Shown here in pieces: positions 1-10,422 of a DNA stretch of 64,000 bases. The position numbers were made by a program, and so were the translations under genes. The notes under the pieces are model-generated. The model worked only from the letters and a program-made list of their open reading frames with translations. It searched no databases and was not told the origin of the DNA. Numbering within the stretch: the first letter of the stretch is position 1; each line of letters begins with the position of its first letter. Source of the stretch: Sedimentisphaerales bacterium (GTDB taxonomy: Bacteria > Planctomycetota > Phycisphaerae > Sedimentisphaerales > SM23-30); the NCBI GenBank assembly GCA_963663965.2, contig CAXXFK010000029.1, forward strand, positions 64,001 to 128,000. The letters are read 5' to 3'.

Positions 1-27
1 TGCCTCCTGATTCATAATCGATCTCTG

Positions 28-53
28 TATGTATATATGTGCATATATACATA
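28..53. promoter_or_regulatory. Perfect 12-bp inverted repeat (TATGTATATATG-tg-CATATATACATA), probable operator over a leftward promoter
   Basis: Palindrome read directly; minus-strand TTGACT at 56-61 and AGGAGG RBS at 3-8 for a gene lying outside the window. Confidence 0.55.
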
Positions 54-125
54 TAAGTCAAGGGAAAACCGAAGTCAGAATAGTTAAATTTCATTAACAC
101 GTTGTTAATAAAACATTTATGATTT

Positions 126-812
126 TTATAGTTTTTGTTTTTTGAGCAATACCGCAGCTTGTGCGACCCTGGTACCCAGGTTTTTTGCCGAGGCGATACC
201 CAATTCATCTTTGGTAATATCATCTCCGGAGTTATTCCAGAGGGTAGCACCTTGATGGGCGCCGGGTTTGCCGCCGACTGCCATCACTTCGTGGCAAAGC
301 ATCGTCATGAGTATCTGATCGATGACAAGTTCCTGGCCGCCATTGCGATAGCCGCCTACTGAAAGCGCGCCTACGGGCAAATCGGCCAGTAGTAGATTGG
401 GTTTACGCAGGACAGCGAGCCGTTCGAGAAATGCTTTACAGAGTGAGCTGAGCGTGCGGAAATAGACGGGGGATCCGATAATAATGCCACCGAGATTAGG
501 ATTCTGGAATTCGGGCAGGACTTTGGCAGTAAAATCGTCAGAGTTAGCCGGGGTCTGGTCTGATGGTCCCGGGTGGCCGGCAATGTTCATTCCGCCCAGA
601 TCGATCAGTCTGGTCTGGACGTTGTCATTGACGATGCGGGCGGCATCCAGGGCGAGCTGAACGGAAGTCGCGGTGGTTTTGCCCGGGCGGGGGCTGGCGC
701 TGATGCCCAGGATCATGATGGGCTTGGCCGGGGGGGTTTGAGCCGGGGAGTTGGAGGCTAACGCGGTGATACCGGCTGCCGCGCCGGCGGTGATGAAGTG
801 TCTTCTGTCCAT
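126..812 (-). CDS. Tat-exported flavodoxin-fold / NADPH-dependent FMN reductase family protein
   Basis: Twin-arginine signal MDRRHFIT; SASPR..GKTT, GSPVYF and GGYRNGGQE flavodoxin-family motifs. Confidence 0.85.
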   Translation of the reverse strand: MDRRHFITAGAAAGITALASNSPAQTPPAKPIMILGISASPRPGKTTATSVQLALDAARIVNDNVQTRLIDLGGMNIAGHPGPSDQTPANSDDFTAKVLPEFQNPNLGGIIIGSPVYFRTLSSLCKAFLERLAVLRKPNLLLADLPVGALSVGGYRNGGQELVIDQILMTMLCHEVMAVGGKPGAHQGATLWNNSGDDITKDELGIASAKNLGTRVAQAAVLLKKQKL

Positions 813-1027
813 AGCGGGTTTCCTTAATTAAAAGTTATAACAGCCGAGTTGACTACGGAAAAACTCGGAAAAAAGGCATAGCGGGGTGGATTGCTGGGTG
901 GATGGTGATGAGCGATGAATATCAATGGGGTATTCGTTGTGCTTGTGGATTTTCAGATCAGTCCACCACGGCGGATCCAGGACGTGGGCAAATTTGAAAT
1001 TTGCCCATCTACATTGGCCGGTGAAAT

Positions 1028-2242
1028 TTATGGTATATTTTTTGCGAACATATCAATGGCGGTTTGTTGGAAGGCATTTTGGGCTTGTTCTCCTTTACCT
1101 GGAAAGCCATCATGTTGCACGAGCCAGATGAAAATCAGGCCATTTTGCGTATTGGCGTAGCTGTTGGTAGAATAAGCGCCGCGGTGGCCGAAGGTGGTTT
1201 CGCTGACCGAGAAGCCCAGGCCATAGTTCTGGGGTATTTCCGGCGGGGTCTGCCGACGGATTAACTGTTTCACCGCGGCCTTCGATAAATAGCGCTTTCC
1301 GGCCAGTTCGCCTCCATTGAGGAGCATCTGATAGAAAAGGGTAATGTCATGAGCGGTCGAAAAGAGTCCGCCGGCCGGCATGGGAAATCGCGTTGAGCGA
1401 TCGGATAAGGGATAATACAACTGGCTGATCGTTGTTTCCTCCAAACCCTGCCTTTTCGGACCCGGCCGGTACGATCTGGCGATACGCGGCAACTGCTCTT
1501 CGCCGGGCCAAAAAGTGGTATCCTTCATGCCCAATGGCTGAAACAGCCGTTCGTCCAGGAACCGTTCATAGGGTATCGCCGTTACGACTTCAATAATCCG
1601 TGCGGCCGTGTTTATGCCCGCGTTGCTGTACAGGTACTTGCTGTCCGGTTCAAATTCCAGCGGGGTCATGGCATAGCTGCGCACGCGTGCGGCCAGCGGA
1701 TCACGGTCCAACGTCGGGACTTCCAAGGCCGATTGGAAAGGCAAACCACTGGTGTGCGAGAGGATGTTCTTTACCGTGATCGGATGGCCCGGACGACGGA
1801 GCAGAACGTGTTCGGCATCCTTTTCCGCTATGACCATCTGGCCGTGAAACTCAGGCAGGTATTTCTCTACGGGGTCCTCCAGATTCACCTTGCCTTCGTC
1901 CACCAGTATCATCAGCGCCGTGGCCGCGACAGGCTTGGACTGCGAGGCGATCCAGAATATCGAGTTTGTCTGCATCGGCTTGCGGGCCGCAATGTCCGCC
2001 CAGCCGACAGCCTCGATTGCCAGCACCTTGTCCTGGTTGGCGACCAGCATCACCGCACCGGCCAGTTCATGGGAATCCACGAACGGCTGTACAGCAGTCG
2101 TCAGTCGTTCATCCGGCTGGAGGCAGAAACTGACGGGAGCAAGCATCAGTACGCACAAGACAAAAGCCGCGGCAATGGTTTTCGGTTTTCTTATCTGGAA
2201 CATAGAGGCTGTTTTCCAAAAATGGTGGTTTTGTCTGATCAA
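1028..2242 (-). CDS. Secreted serine hydrolase, beta-lactamase/class C-like family (start may be ATG at 2203)
   Basis: SxxK (ASQSKP), LSHTSGL, YSN, PLGMKDT, AGGLFST and GHRG motifs; signal peptide. Confidence 0.9.
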   Translation of the reverse strand: MIRQNHHFWKTASMFQIRKPKTIAAAFVLCVLMLAPVSFCLQPDERLTTAVQPFVDSHELAGAVMLVANQDKVLAIEAVGWADIAARKPMQTNSIFWIASQSKPVAATALMILVDEGKVNLEDPVEKYLPEFHGQMVIAEKDAEHVLLRRPGHPITVKNILSHTSGLPFQSALEVPTLDRDPLAARVRSYAMTPLEFEPDSKYLYSNAGINTAARIIEVVTAIPYERFLDERLFQPLGMKDTTFWPGEEQLPRIARSYRPGPKRQGLEETTISQLYYPLSDRSTRFPMPAGGLFSTAHDITLFYQMLLNGGELAGKRYLSKAAVKQLIRRQTPPEIPQNYGLGFSVSETTFGHRGAYSTNSYANTQNGLIFIWLVQHDGFPGKGEQAQNAFQQTAIDMFAKNIP

Positions 2243-2755
2243 CGTATTAAAGTGCTACTCCATAGATATTTATCTCCCGACGTAACGGGAAAATTCAATT
2301 GGTAAGGGAAAAATACGGTAAAAATTCACAATGAAATCTGTAGAGCAAACAGCGATTTTACAAAGTCGCATTCACATCGTCAAGACAACTTGCCGTGCTC
2401 GATTCTCCTCAAATTCTGTATGTGGTTTTCATGTCTCTGAAGAGCCGCCGGCCTCGATTAAAATGCTCATGTGGCCCAAACTAGTTGCGTTTGAGCCCAG
2501 GAATCTGTCCGAGTGGTTACTATCGAGTTTCTCGCTGCCGGTTGAGTTGGTGAATCCGAACGCGTCTGAGGCAAAAGGGCCGCCCTGAAAAGGCGTTCCG
2601 GATTGCAGGCGGTCTGGATTTCGTTTAGAAGCTGGCTACTGTTATAGTAATGGGGCTTGTTAAAACCGGATATTCTGCTAGAATGGCCGAATTCTCGTTT
2701 TCTGTTGGCATTTTCAGAAAACTGACCAGAAAAAGATATCACGAAAAGGATTTTT

Positions 2756-4084
2756 ATGGCTATGGTTCAAGATTTGTTGAGAGGGTATTTCCGGATTTCG
2801 CTGGTGGCGCGGATTCTGGTTTGTCTGGTGGCGGGGGCGAGCGTGGGGATTGTCTTATGGCTGGTATCGGAGCGTACGGGGATGGATTTTGGCGGGGCGA
2901 TTCGGGTGATCGCGCCGTTCGGTAATGTGTTTGTCTATATGCTCAAGATGATCGTGGTGCCGGTAATTTTCTTTTCACTGGTACTGGGCGCCGGGAGTTT
3001 GCCGCTGAAGAAATTTGGCATGGTCGGGGCAAAAACGGTGGGGTGGTATTTTCTGACCTCGGTGTTCGCGGCGGTCCTGGGGGCCGGACTGGCGCTGGCG
3101 GTGAATCCGGGATCGGGGAGCGGGCTTTCGGATTGGAATGTGATGGCGTCCGGATTGTCGGCACAGGCACAGGAGATCGGTTCGGCCCAACAGGGAGAGG
3201 GGAGCTTTACGGCCTTGCTGTACAGCATGTTCCAGAATCCGTTTCAAGCGCTGGCGGAGGGGAATTTTCTGCCGATTATCGTATTTGCCATTCTGTTCGG
3301 GCTGGCGATGCGGGTTTGTATGGAATCGGATGAAAACGCCCCGCGCGTGGCGCATTTGCAGCAGTTGATGCATTTGCTGGAGGCCTGCCGGGACGCGATC
3401 TTCAAGATTGTGGACTGGGTGCTGGAATATTCGCCGGTTGGGGTGCTGGCGTTGACGATCGTGAATTTCGCGCTGTACGGTCCCAAGATTGTGGGCCCTT
3501 ACGTGAGTATTACCCTGGGGGTGATCGGCGGGATTGCCGGTATGGTTCTGGTGGTCTATCCGGTGTTGATGTGGGTGGTGACGCGCCATAATCCGTTTGT
3601 TGTACTGAAGAAGATTCAGGAGGCGATGATCATGGCCTTTATGACGCGCAGCAGCGCGGCGACGCTGCCGGTATCGATGAAAGTTGCCAGCGATGATCTG
3701 CGGATTCAGGATGAGTTGTCGAGTTTTTCGTTGCCGCTGGGGGCGACGATTAATATGGATGGGGTTTGTGTGCATCTGCCGATGTTCGCGGTGCTGGCGG
3801 CGAATATGTTCGGGATCGAACTGACGGCTTATCGTCTTTTTGTGCTGGTGATGACGACGGTGCTGGCCTCGGTGGGTGCGGGCGGGGTGCCGGGCGGCAG
3901 TTTGATGCTGCTATTCATTGTTTTGCGGACGATGGGACTGGAAACCGGGCAGGTTTCGGTCATTATCGCGCTGGCATTGGGGATCAATCCGGTGCTGGAT
4001 ATGTTTGAGACGATGAATAATGTGACGGGGGATCTGGTGTGTACCTATACCGTGGCGAGCCGGGAGAAATTGATTGTGGAATAA
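2756..4084 (+). CDS. Dicarboxylate/amino acid:cation symporter (DAACS; SstT/GltP-like)
   Basis: Multi-TM; TRSSAATLP, GATINMDG, GGVPGG and DMFETMNNVTGD motifs. Confidence 0.93.
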   Translation: MAMVQDLLRGYFRISLVARILVCLVAGASVGIVLWLVSERTGMDFGGAIRVIAPFGNVFVYMLKMIVVPVIFFSLVLGAGSLPLKKFGMVGAKTVGWYFLTSVFAAVLGAGLALAVNPGSGSGLSDWNVMASGLSAQAQEIGSAQQGEGSFTALLYSMFQNPFQALAEGNFLPIIVFAILFGLAMRVCMESDENAPRVAHLQQLMHLLEACRDAIFKIVDWVLEYSPVGVLALTIVNFALYGPKIVGPYVSITLGVIGGIAGMVLVVYPVLMWVVTRHNPFVVLKKIQEAMIMAFMTRSSAATLPVSMKVASDDLRIQDELSSFSLPLGATINMDGVCVHLPMFAVLAANMFGIELTAYRLFVLVMTTVLASVGAGGVPGGSLMLLFIVLRTMGLETGQVSVIIALALGINPVLDMFETMNNVTGDLVCTYTVASREKLIVE

Positions 4085-4257
4085 GTGTATTATGTAAGGT
4101 GATCACTCCGTCAATTTCAAGAGAGGGCTTCCGGAACTTTGTTTTTGTGCAGAATGGATAGCAAAAACGCGCAAATTGGAACCTGACTGAGCAAACATCT
4201 TGATTAAAATAGCGATTTTTATTAAAATAGTGGTGTAATTCACTATCCTACTGGAGA

Positions 4258-6426
4258 ATGAGAATAATGAAAAAGCATTTTTCGGACGTTCTGAACGCAT
4301 CGGTTTTATTCCTGTTTATTCCGGCATTGGCCTGGGCGGTTCCGGCTTTTCCGGGCGCGGAAGGGTATGGCGCGACGGCCACTGGCGGCCGGGGCGGGGC
4401 GGTCTATATCGTTACGAATCTGAACGATTCCGGGGCGGGATCGCTACGGGATGCCTTGAATCATAATGTGCCGCGTACGATTGTTTTTCGGGTGTCGGGA
4501 ACGATCCATCTGAACTCGAATCTGGATGTGAGATACCCTAATGTGACGATTGCCGGGCAGACGGCGCCGGGGGATGGCATCTGCATTGCCAATGGCTCTT
4601 TGTCTGCGGGTTATGATAATGTGATTATCCGATATATTCGCTGCCGGTTGGGCGATCAGTGGCCGGATGGTACTGATAACAGCGATACGGACGCCTCGTG
4701 GGGACGGTATGGCAACACGATGATTTTCGATCATGTGACGGCGAGCTGGTCGGTTGATGAGGCGTTTTCGTATTATGCCAACAAAAATTTTACGGCTCAG
4801 TGGTGTCTGATTTCGGAAAGCCTTCGCTACTCGCATCATGAAAAAGGGGCGCACGGCTATGGCGGGATCTGGGGGGGGACCAACAGTTCGTGGCACCATA
4901 ATCTGCTGGCGCATCACAGTTCGCGCAATCCGCGAATTGAAGGGGATGTGGTGAACAATGTGGATATGCGGAATAATGTTATTTACAACTGGGGTTTTAA
5001 CAGCTGTTACGGGGGTGAGAAGGCAACGGTTAATATTGTCAACTGCTACTATAAATATGGCCCGGCGACCAGTTCGGGGGTGCGATATCGGATCGTTAAT
5101 CCCAGTCTGCAAAAGGATACTTCGGGATCAGCGGTGGCGCCGCATGTATATGGACAATGGTTTGTCGATGGCAATTATGTTCATGGGAGTACCGGTGTGA
5201 CCAGTGATAACTGGCTGGGGGTTAATCCTGAAGGGGGGAGCGCCGAGCGGAGTCTGTGCCGCGCCGAAGCGGCATTTCCGGTGGCTACGGTCTATCCAGT
5301 GACCACGCAGTCGGCCCAGGCGGCATATGAACTGGTGCTGGATGAGGCGGGTTGCAGCCTGGTGAGGGATTCGGTGGATCGTCGTATTATTAATGAAGTG
5401 AGAACTGGAACCGCTACTTACGGGGGAGTGACCGGGGCGGGACTGGGGATTATTGATTCGCAGGATACGGTGGGTGGGTGGCCGGAACTGAACGCGCGGC
5501 CGGCCCTGTCGGATCGTGATGATGATGGGATGCCCGATGTATGGGAGACGCCCCGGGGGCTAAATCCTGACAATGCTGCCGACCGGAATGGTGATCGCGA
5601 TGGTGATGGCTATACTAATCTGGAAGAGTATCTCAACTGGTTGTGTACGCCGGCCGCCCGGGCGGATATTAACCGGAACTGTACGGTTGACCTGGGGGAT
5701 TTTGCTGACCTGACGGCTTGCTGGAGAACTGAGCCCGGTGATGAGGACTGGAATCCGTATTGTGATATTGCCCGGCCGGCTGACGCGATCATTGATCTCG
5801 CCGATTTGCTGGCGCTGGTAGAGAACTGGCAACCGCAGCCTAAACAGGAGGAGACCCTTACGACCACGATCCATATTGCCGCCAGCCAAGGGAAGGCTAT
5901 TCAATACAAGAATGATAGCGGCGGGTGGATTTCGGAAACACGGCTCAAGACGCGGTCTTCGGGTAGTTGGAATGATGATCCGGGATTGAATACGCTGGAC
6001 GCCAATAAATCTTACTTGCAGTTCGATCTTTCGGGAGTGGCGGGCACTATTAACCGCGCAACTCTGACAATTTATGCTATTACGGACGCCAAATCGTATA
6101 CTGTCAATGGGTTGAATGATGGTATGGATGAAACCTGGCGGGCCGATACGATCAACTGGTTTACCGCGCCGGGTAATGATACCATGAGCGGTTCCGGGCT
6201 GGATGCGAGCCAGACCATTTTGTTGTATTCTGTCAGCTCGACGGTAGCAGATGGGGCGGCAAGCAGCGACGTGACTTCATTTGTTAAGGCGGATACGGAT
6301 GGTCTGGTAACCTTTATCCTGACTCCGGGTGGGACGACGTATCTGTATAATATTATCGAGGGGAGCTATTATAAATCGGATTATATTCCGGTATTGACGC
6401 TGGAAGGGGAATTTAATTCAAAATAG
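4258..6426 (+). CDS. Secreted PL1 pectate lyase with Ca-binding repeats, dockerin-like module and C-terminal DNRLRE/CBM96-like domain
   Basis: AFPGAEGYG, TIAGQTAPGDG, DHVTASWSVDE, HSSRNPR; DRDDDGMPDVWE and DGDGYTNLEEYLN; ADINRNCTVDLGDF; KSYLQFDLS. Confidence 0.88.
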   Translation: MRIMKKHFSDVLNASVLFLFIPALAWAVPAFPGAEGYGATATGGRGGAVYIVTNLNDSGAGSLRDALNHNVPRTIVFRVSGTIHLNSNLDVRYPNVTIAGQTAPGDGICIANGSLSAGYDNVIIRYIRCRLGDQWPDGTDNSDTDASWGRYGNTMIFDHVTASWSVDEAFSYYANKNFTAQWCLISESLRYSHHEKGAHGYGGIWGGTNSSWHHNLLAHHSSRNPRIEGDVVNNVDMRNNVIYNWGFNSCYGGEKATVNIVNCYYKYGPATSSGVRYRIVNPSLQKDTSGSAVAPHVYGQWFVDGNYVHGSTGVTSDNWLGVNPEGGSAERSLCRAEAAFPVATVYPVTTQSAQAAYELVLDEAGCSLVRDSVDRRIINEVRTGTATYGGVTGAGLGIIDSQDTVGGWPELNARPALSDRDDDGMPDVWETPRGLNPDNAADRNGDRDGDGYTNLEEYLNWLCTPAARADINRNCTVDLGDFADLTACWRTEPGDEDWNPYCDIARPADAIIDLADLLALVENWQPQPKQEETLTTTIHIAASQGKAIQYKNDSGGWISETRLKTRSSGSWNDDPGLNTLDANKSYLQFDLSGVAGTINRATLTIYAITDAKSYTVNGLNDGMDETWRADTINWFTAPGNDTMSGSGLDASQTILLYSVSSTVADGAASSDVTSFVKADTDGLVTFILTPGGTTYLYNIIEGSYYKSDYIPVLTLEGEFNSK

Positions 6427-6469
6427 TCAATTGTAAATACGGTGTTTTGTTACCAGGAACAGGTGATTC

Positions 6470-7658
6470 TCAGGTGGTGGTGCGGGTACCGTACTTCTTA
6501 CGGTAAGCCAGGGGGGTCATGCCTTTAAATTTTCGGAAGTAGCGTGAGATGTGATTGGCCTGGGAAAAGCCGATCGAGGAGGCGATGTCGGTTATGGATA
6601 AATTGGAATTGACCAGCATATCCGCGATTTTATCGATGCAGTTGCGTTTGATTTCCAGGGCGACCGAGCAGCCAACGGTTTTTTTGAATCTCTTTTGCAA
6701 GCTGTTTATGGACAGGCCGACCTGTTCGGCGACATCTGCGACCTGAAGCAGGCCGGTTGAATGATGGCGGATGAAATTCATGGCCCTGGCGATTTCATCG
6801 TCTTCGATGGTAGTAAAATCGGTGGACTGCCGGGCTACCACGGTATTGGGTTCAATGGTGATGATCTGTTCGGCGGGGCGGACCTCGCCATTCATCATTT
6901 TGTCGAGCAGTCTGGCCGCTTCAAAACCCGCCCTGCGGTAACCCAGGGCCACGCTGGAGATCCTGGGGATCTGGGTTTCACAGATGGTCCGGGTGTTATT
7001 GATACCGAGGACGGCGATTTGCTGGGGGACCAGCAGTTTGGCAATGCCACAGGCCCTGAGGATGTTCACTGCCAGGATGTCATCGCCGGCCATAATCGCC
7101 GCCGGTTTGGGAAGCGATTTGAGCCAGTCGGCCAGGGTGTTGATTTCCTGGTTCCATGTCGAGAGGTTTTCCGACCTTGGGTAAACGATGGCGCTGACGG
7201 GAAAGCCGGAATCCTTCAGGCAGCCGGCGAAACTCTGGGCGCGTTCTCGCATGGGTACTACATTTTTGTGAATGTAATACCCGTAAAATTTAAAACCCCG
7301 GGTCATAAAATGGTCGGCGGCCATTTTGCCGATAGCGGGTCCGTTACCGATGATGGCCGGCCAGCCGGGGATTCTTTCTTTCAGGTTTCTGTGGATGATG
7401 ATCGGGACTTTCAGATGGAGAATATTTCTAAGATTTTTTCGTGAGTTGGGGACGATCAGGCCATCGGGTTTGAAACTTTTGAGCCATTTGTAAATTTCGA
7501 TATCATCCGCTTCGAATTGAAGCGAGAGGGGCGAATATAAAAGCCACTGGCGATGCAAGGAGGCGTATTCCACGAACCCATCCCAAAGACCCCGGTCTTC
7601 CCGGGGAGAATAAAGAAATACGACTTTTTTTACAGGACGATGCAGGGGAGTAACTCAC
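6470..7658 (-). CDS. XylR-type regulator (periplasmic-binding-like sensor domain + AraC HTH); true start probably upstream of the 7573 call
   Basis: WL.SLPKP.AI, VPQQIAVLG, RQSTD, C-terminal AraC HTH (SRYFRKFKGMTPLAYR); frame open upstream as LHRPVKKVVFLYS..RGLWDGF; removing one G from 7645-7648 gives an in-frame GTG at 7658. Confidence 0.85.
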
Positions 7659-7859
7659 AAATTAAATAAGATGATACATTAGAAAACCTTGTTTTCTTAT
7701 GAACGAAAACAAACATGCTATCTATGTTAATTTGATATTTGAGAATATGCAATTCAATTTTAATTAACAGACTCGTATCGATTTTTTCTATTAAGAGGCA
7801 GCGTCTTCAAATGTCAGGAGGCAGAAAATGGTGGAATTATCGTTACAATTTGGTGTGTA

Positions 7860-7887
7860 TTGACGAGAATAATTATTATAATATGAT
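7860..7887 (+). promoter_or_regulatory. Candidate sigma70 promoter TTGACG-N16-TATGAT for the aldolase operon
   Basis: Hexamers read directly, ~100 nt upstream of ATG 7987. Confidence 0.4.
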
Positions 7888-7986
7888 AAAACAGATGGCG
7901 TTTGGCAGTGATAGCTACTTGCATAGCCAGTACGATTTTGTTATGCCCATCTAAATGAAAGTCACCAGAAAGAAAACGATATCAAT

Positions 7987-8934
7987 ATGGCTTATGATCC
8001 GGAAAACCTGTTAAAAGGAATCATTCCTCCTGTGATTACGCCGCTGAGCGGTCAGGATGACATTGACCGGGAGGGGTTGGAGCGGCTGATTGAGCATATC
8101 CTGGCAGGGGGTGTGCACGGATTGTTTATCCTGGGGACGACCGGCGAAGCTCAGGCCTTGAGTTATCGGGTACGCTATGACCTGGTCAAACAGGTCTGCG
8201 GGCTGGTTAATCACAGGGTACCGGTTTTAGTCGGGATTACGGATACGGCTTTTTCCGAATCCGTGGCGCTGGCTCAATTTGCCAGTGAGCAGGGGGCCGA
8301 TGGTGTGGTGGTGGCGCCGCCGTATTACCTGCCCATCGGACAGTTGGAACTGGTTGAGTATGTTGAACATCTGGTACAGAAATTGCCTTTGCCGGCGGTA
8401 TTGTATAATATGCCGAGTTGTACCAAAATGATGATTGAACCGGAAACCGTCGCCCGGCTGGGGGGGATTCCGGGTATCATTGGTCTGAAGGACAGCTCGG
8501 GGGATATGTTGTATTTTCAGAAACTCAAATGTTTATTTGACGACAAGCCGGAATTCAGGATTCTGATCGGTCCAGAGGAATTGCTGGCGGAGGCGTTGCT
8601 GTTCGGGGCGGACGGCGGTGTGAATGGTGGGGCTAATATTTTTCCTCGACTCTACGTTGATTTATATGAAGCGGCGGTTGGCGGTAATATCGCAAAGGTC
8701 AAGGCACTGCAGCGAATCGTGATGAAACTGAGGTCAACGATTTACAGTACGGGGCAGTATAGTTCGGCAATCATCAAGGGGATCAAATGCGCGCTGAGTC
8801 TGTTGGGGATTTGTGACGATTTTGTCGCCGAGCCGTGCCATCGATTTCGAGAGCCCCAGCGTGAGATGATCCGCCAGCACCTGGATAGTTTTCGCGAGTT
8901 GTATCATCATGAGGGTGGCAAATGGGGGAGTTAG
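7987..8934 (+). CDS. DHDPS/NanA-family class I aldolase (probable 2-keto-3-deoxy sugar acid aldolase, not DapA)
   Basis: GTTGE, YNMP, GLKDS Schiff-base Lys; lacks the DapA PGR Arg; a canonical dapA is at 39801. Confidence 0.85.
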   Translation: MAYDPENLLKGIIPPVITPLSGQDDIDREGLERLIEHILAGGVHGLFILGTTGEAQALSYRVRYDLVKQVCGLVNHRVPVLVGITDTAFSESVALAQFASEQGADGVVVAPPYYLPIGQLELVEYVEHLVQKLPLPAVLYNMPSCTKMMIEPETVARLGGIPGIIGLKDSSGDMLYFQKLKCLFDDKPEFRILIGPEELLAEALLFGADGGVNGGANIFPRLYVDLYEAAVGGNIAKVKALQRIVMKLRSTIYSTGQYSSAIIKGIKCALSLLGICDDFVAEPCHRFREPQREMIRQHLDSFRELYHHEGGKWGS

Positions 8935-10403
8935 CCGCGATTGATTTATTGGTTCTGGCGGGTTATTTTGCCGGGACTCTGGCCATTGGGATTTATTTTT
9001 ATCGCAAAAGTAAAACCAGTGAAGGATTTACTTCGGGTGATCGTTCATTGCCCGGCTGGCTATGCGGTATGTCCATTTTCGCAACTTATCTCAGCAGTAT
9101 CAGTTTTATCGGGATTCCCGGCAAGGCCTATGCCGACAACTGGAGTTTTTTTACGTTCAGTCTTTCGCTGCCGATCGCGGTTCTGATCGCCTATAAGTAT
9201 TTTGTGCCCTATTATCGCAAGGCAACCTCCATATCCGCTTATGAGGAATTGGAGAAACGATTCGGGTACTGGGCCCGGTTGTACGCCGATCTCTGTTTTT
9301 TGTCGACCCAGGTGGCGCGGATGGGGGCGGTGATGTATCTGACGGCCGTTCCGATGGCGCTGTTGCTGGGATGGAATATCAAGGTGATTATTTTGATTAT
9401 CGGTATTTCCGTTACTCTTTATACATTTATCGGAGGGATTACGGCGGTTATCTGGAGTGACGCCATTCAGAGTTTTGTGCTGATCGGGGGGGCGTTGATT
9501 TGTATCGCGGTGATGCTTTTTTCGGTACCGGCGGGTCCGGGGCAGATCCTGTCGACGGCCATGGTTGAGGGCAAATTCAGTCTGGGCAGTTTTGGCCTGT
9601 CATTACAGGATGAGACATTCTGGATTGTGTTGTTTTTTGGGATTGTGATTAACCTGCAGAACTTCGGGATCGATCAGAATTATATTCAACGCTATAAATC
9701 CTCTAAAAACGATCGTGAAGCCGGTAAGAGTCTGTTATTGGGTGGTCTGCTGTATATTCCGGTATCGGGGCTGTTTTTCTTTATCGGAGCGATTTTGTTT
9801 GCCTATTATAAGATCAATGGAGCGGACATTCCCGCGGAAGTGGCTGAAAAGGCCGATTATATCTTTCCGTATTATATCGTTCAGACTTTGCCCACCGGCC
9901 TGAGGGGACTTTTGATTGCCGCGATTTTTGCGGCAGCGATGAGTACGGTTTCCACCAGTTTAAATTCAGCCGCGACCCTGATCATGTCGGATTTTTACCG
10001 GCGATTTAAAACAGATGCGGGCGACAAACAGTGTCTGAAGGTTCTGCATGTCGCTACGGTATTCTTTGGTCTGGCCGGTATCGGGGCGGCATTTATTATG
10101 AGCCAGTTCGGGAAGGGATTTGAATTATGGCAGATGCTGGCCGGGATCCTCAGCGGAGGGATGCTGGGTTTGTTTGTGCTTGGGATAGTATCACAAAAAG
10201 CGGGGAATATCATTGGTGTCATTGGCACCTTGTCAGGCATACTTGTGATTGTCTGGATGACTGTGTCTAAAACATTTCCCGGTTGTCTGGGCCGGTATTC
10301 TTTTAACTGGAATGGTTATTTGATTCCGGTTATTGGCACGCTGACGATTCTTTTTGTCGGACTGGTATTGAGTGGGCTCAAAGGATTAAAAAGAGGGCCA
10401 TAA
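8922..10403 (+). CDS. Sodium:solute symporter (SSS family, SiaT-like)
   Basis: SAYEELEKRFG, GGITAVIWSD, DQNYIQRY, AAAMSTVSTSLNS; overlaps the aldolase stop. Confidence 0.92.
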   Translation: MGELAAIDLLVLAGYFAGTLAIGIYFYRKSKTSEGFTSGDRSLPGWLCGMSIFATYLSSISFIGIPGKAYADNWSFFTFSLSLPIAVLIAYKYFVPYYRKATSISAYEELEKRFGYWARLYADLCFLSTQVARMGAVMYLTAVPMALLLGWNIKVIILIIGISVTLYTFIGGITAVIWSDAIQSFVLIGGALICIAVMLFSVPAGPGQILSTAMVEGKFSLGSFGLSLQDETFWIVLFFGIVINLQNFGIDQNYIQRYKSSKNDREAGKSLLLGGLLYIPVSGLFFFIGAILFAYYKINGADIPAEVAEKADYIFPYYIVQTLPTGLRGLLIAAIFAAAMSTVSTSLNSAATLIMSDFYRRFKTDAGDKQCLKVLHVATVFFGLAGIGAAFIMSQFGKGFELWQMLAGILSGGMLGLFVLGIVSQKAGNIIGVIGTLSGILVIVWMTVSKTFPGCLGRYSFNWNGYLIPVIGTLTILFVGLVLSGLKGLKRGP

Positions 10404-10422
10404 GGCAAATTGAGTCATCAAT

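Noticed and set aside
2331..2742. Short ORFs in the spacer before the symporter
   Set aside because: No recognisable motif or RBS in the frames examined.
7987..8934. Second dapA, or nanA
   Set aside because: Lacks the DapA Arg motif; no other nan genes, so specificity was left unassigned.
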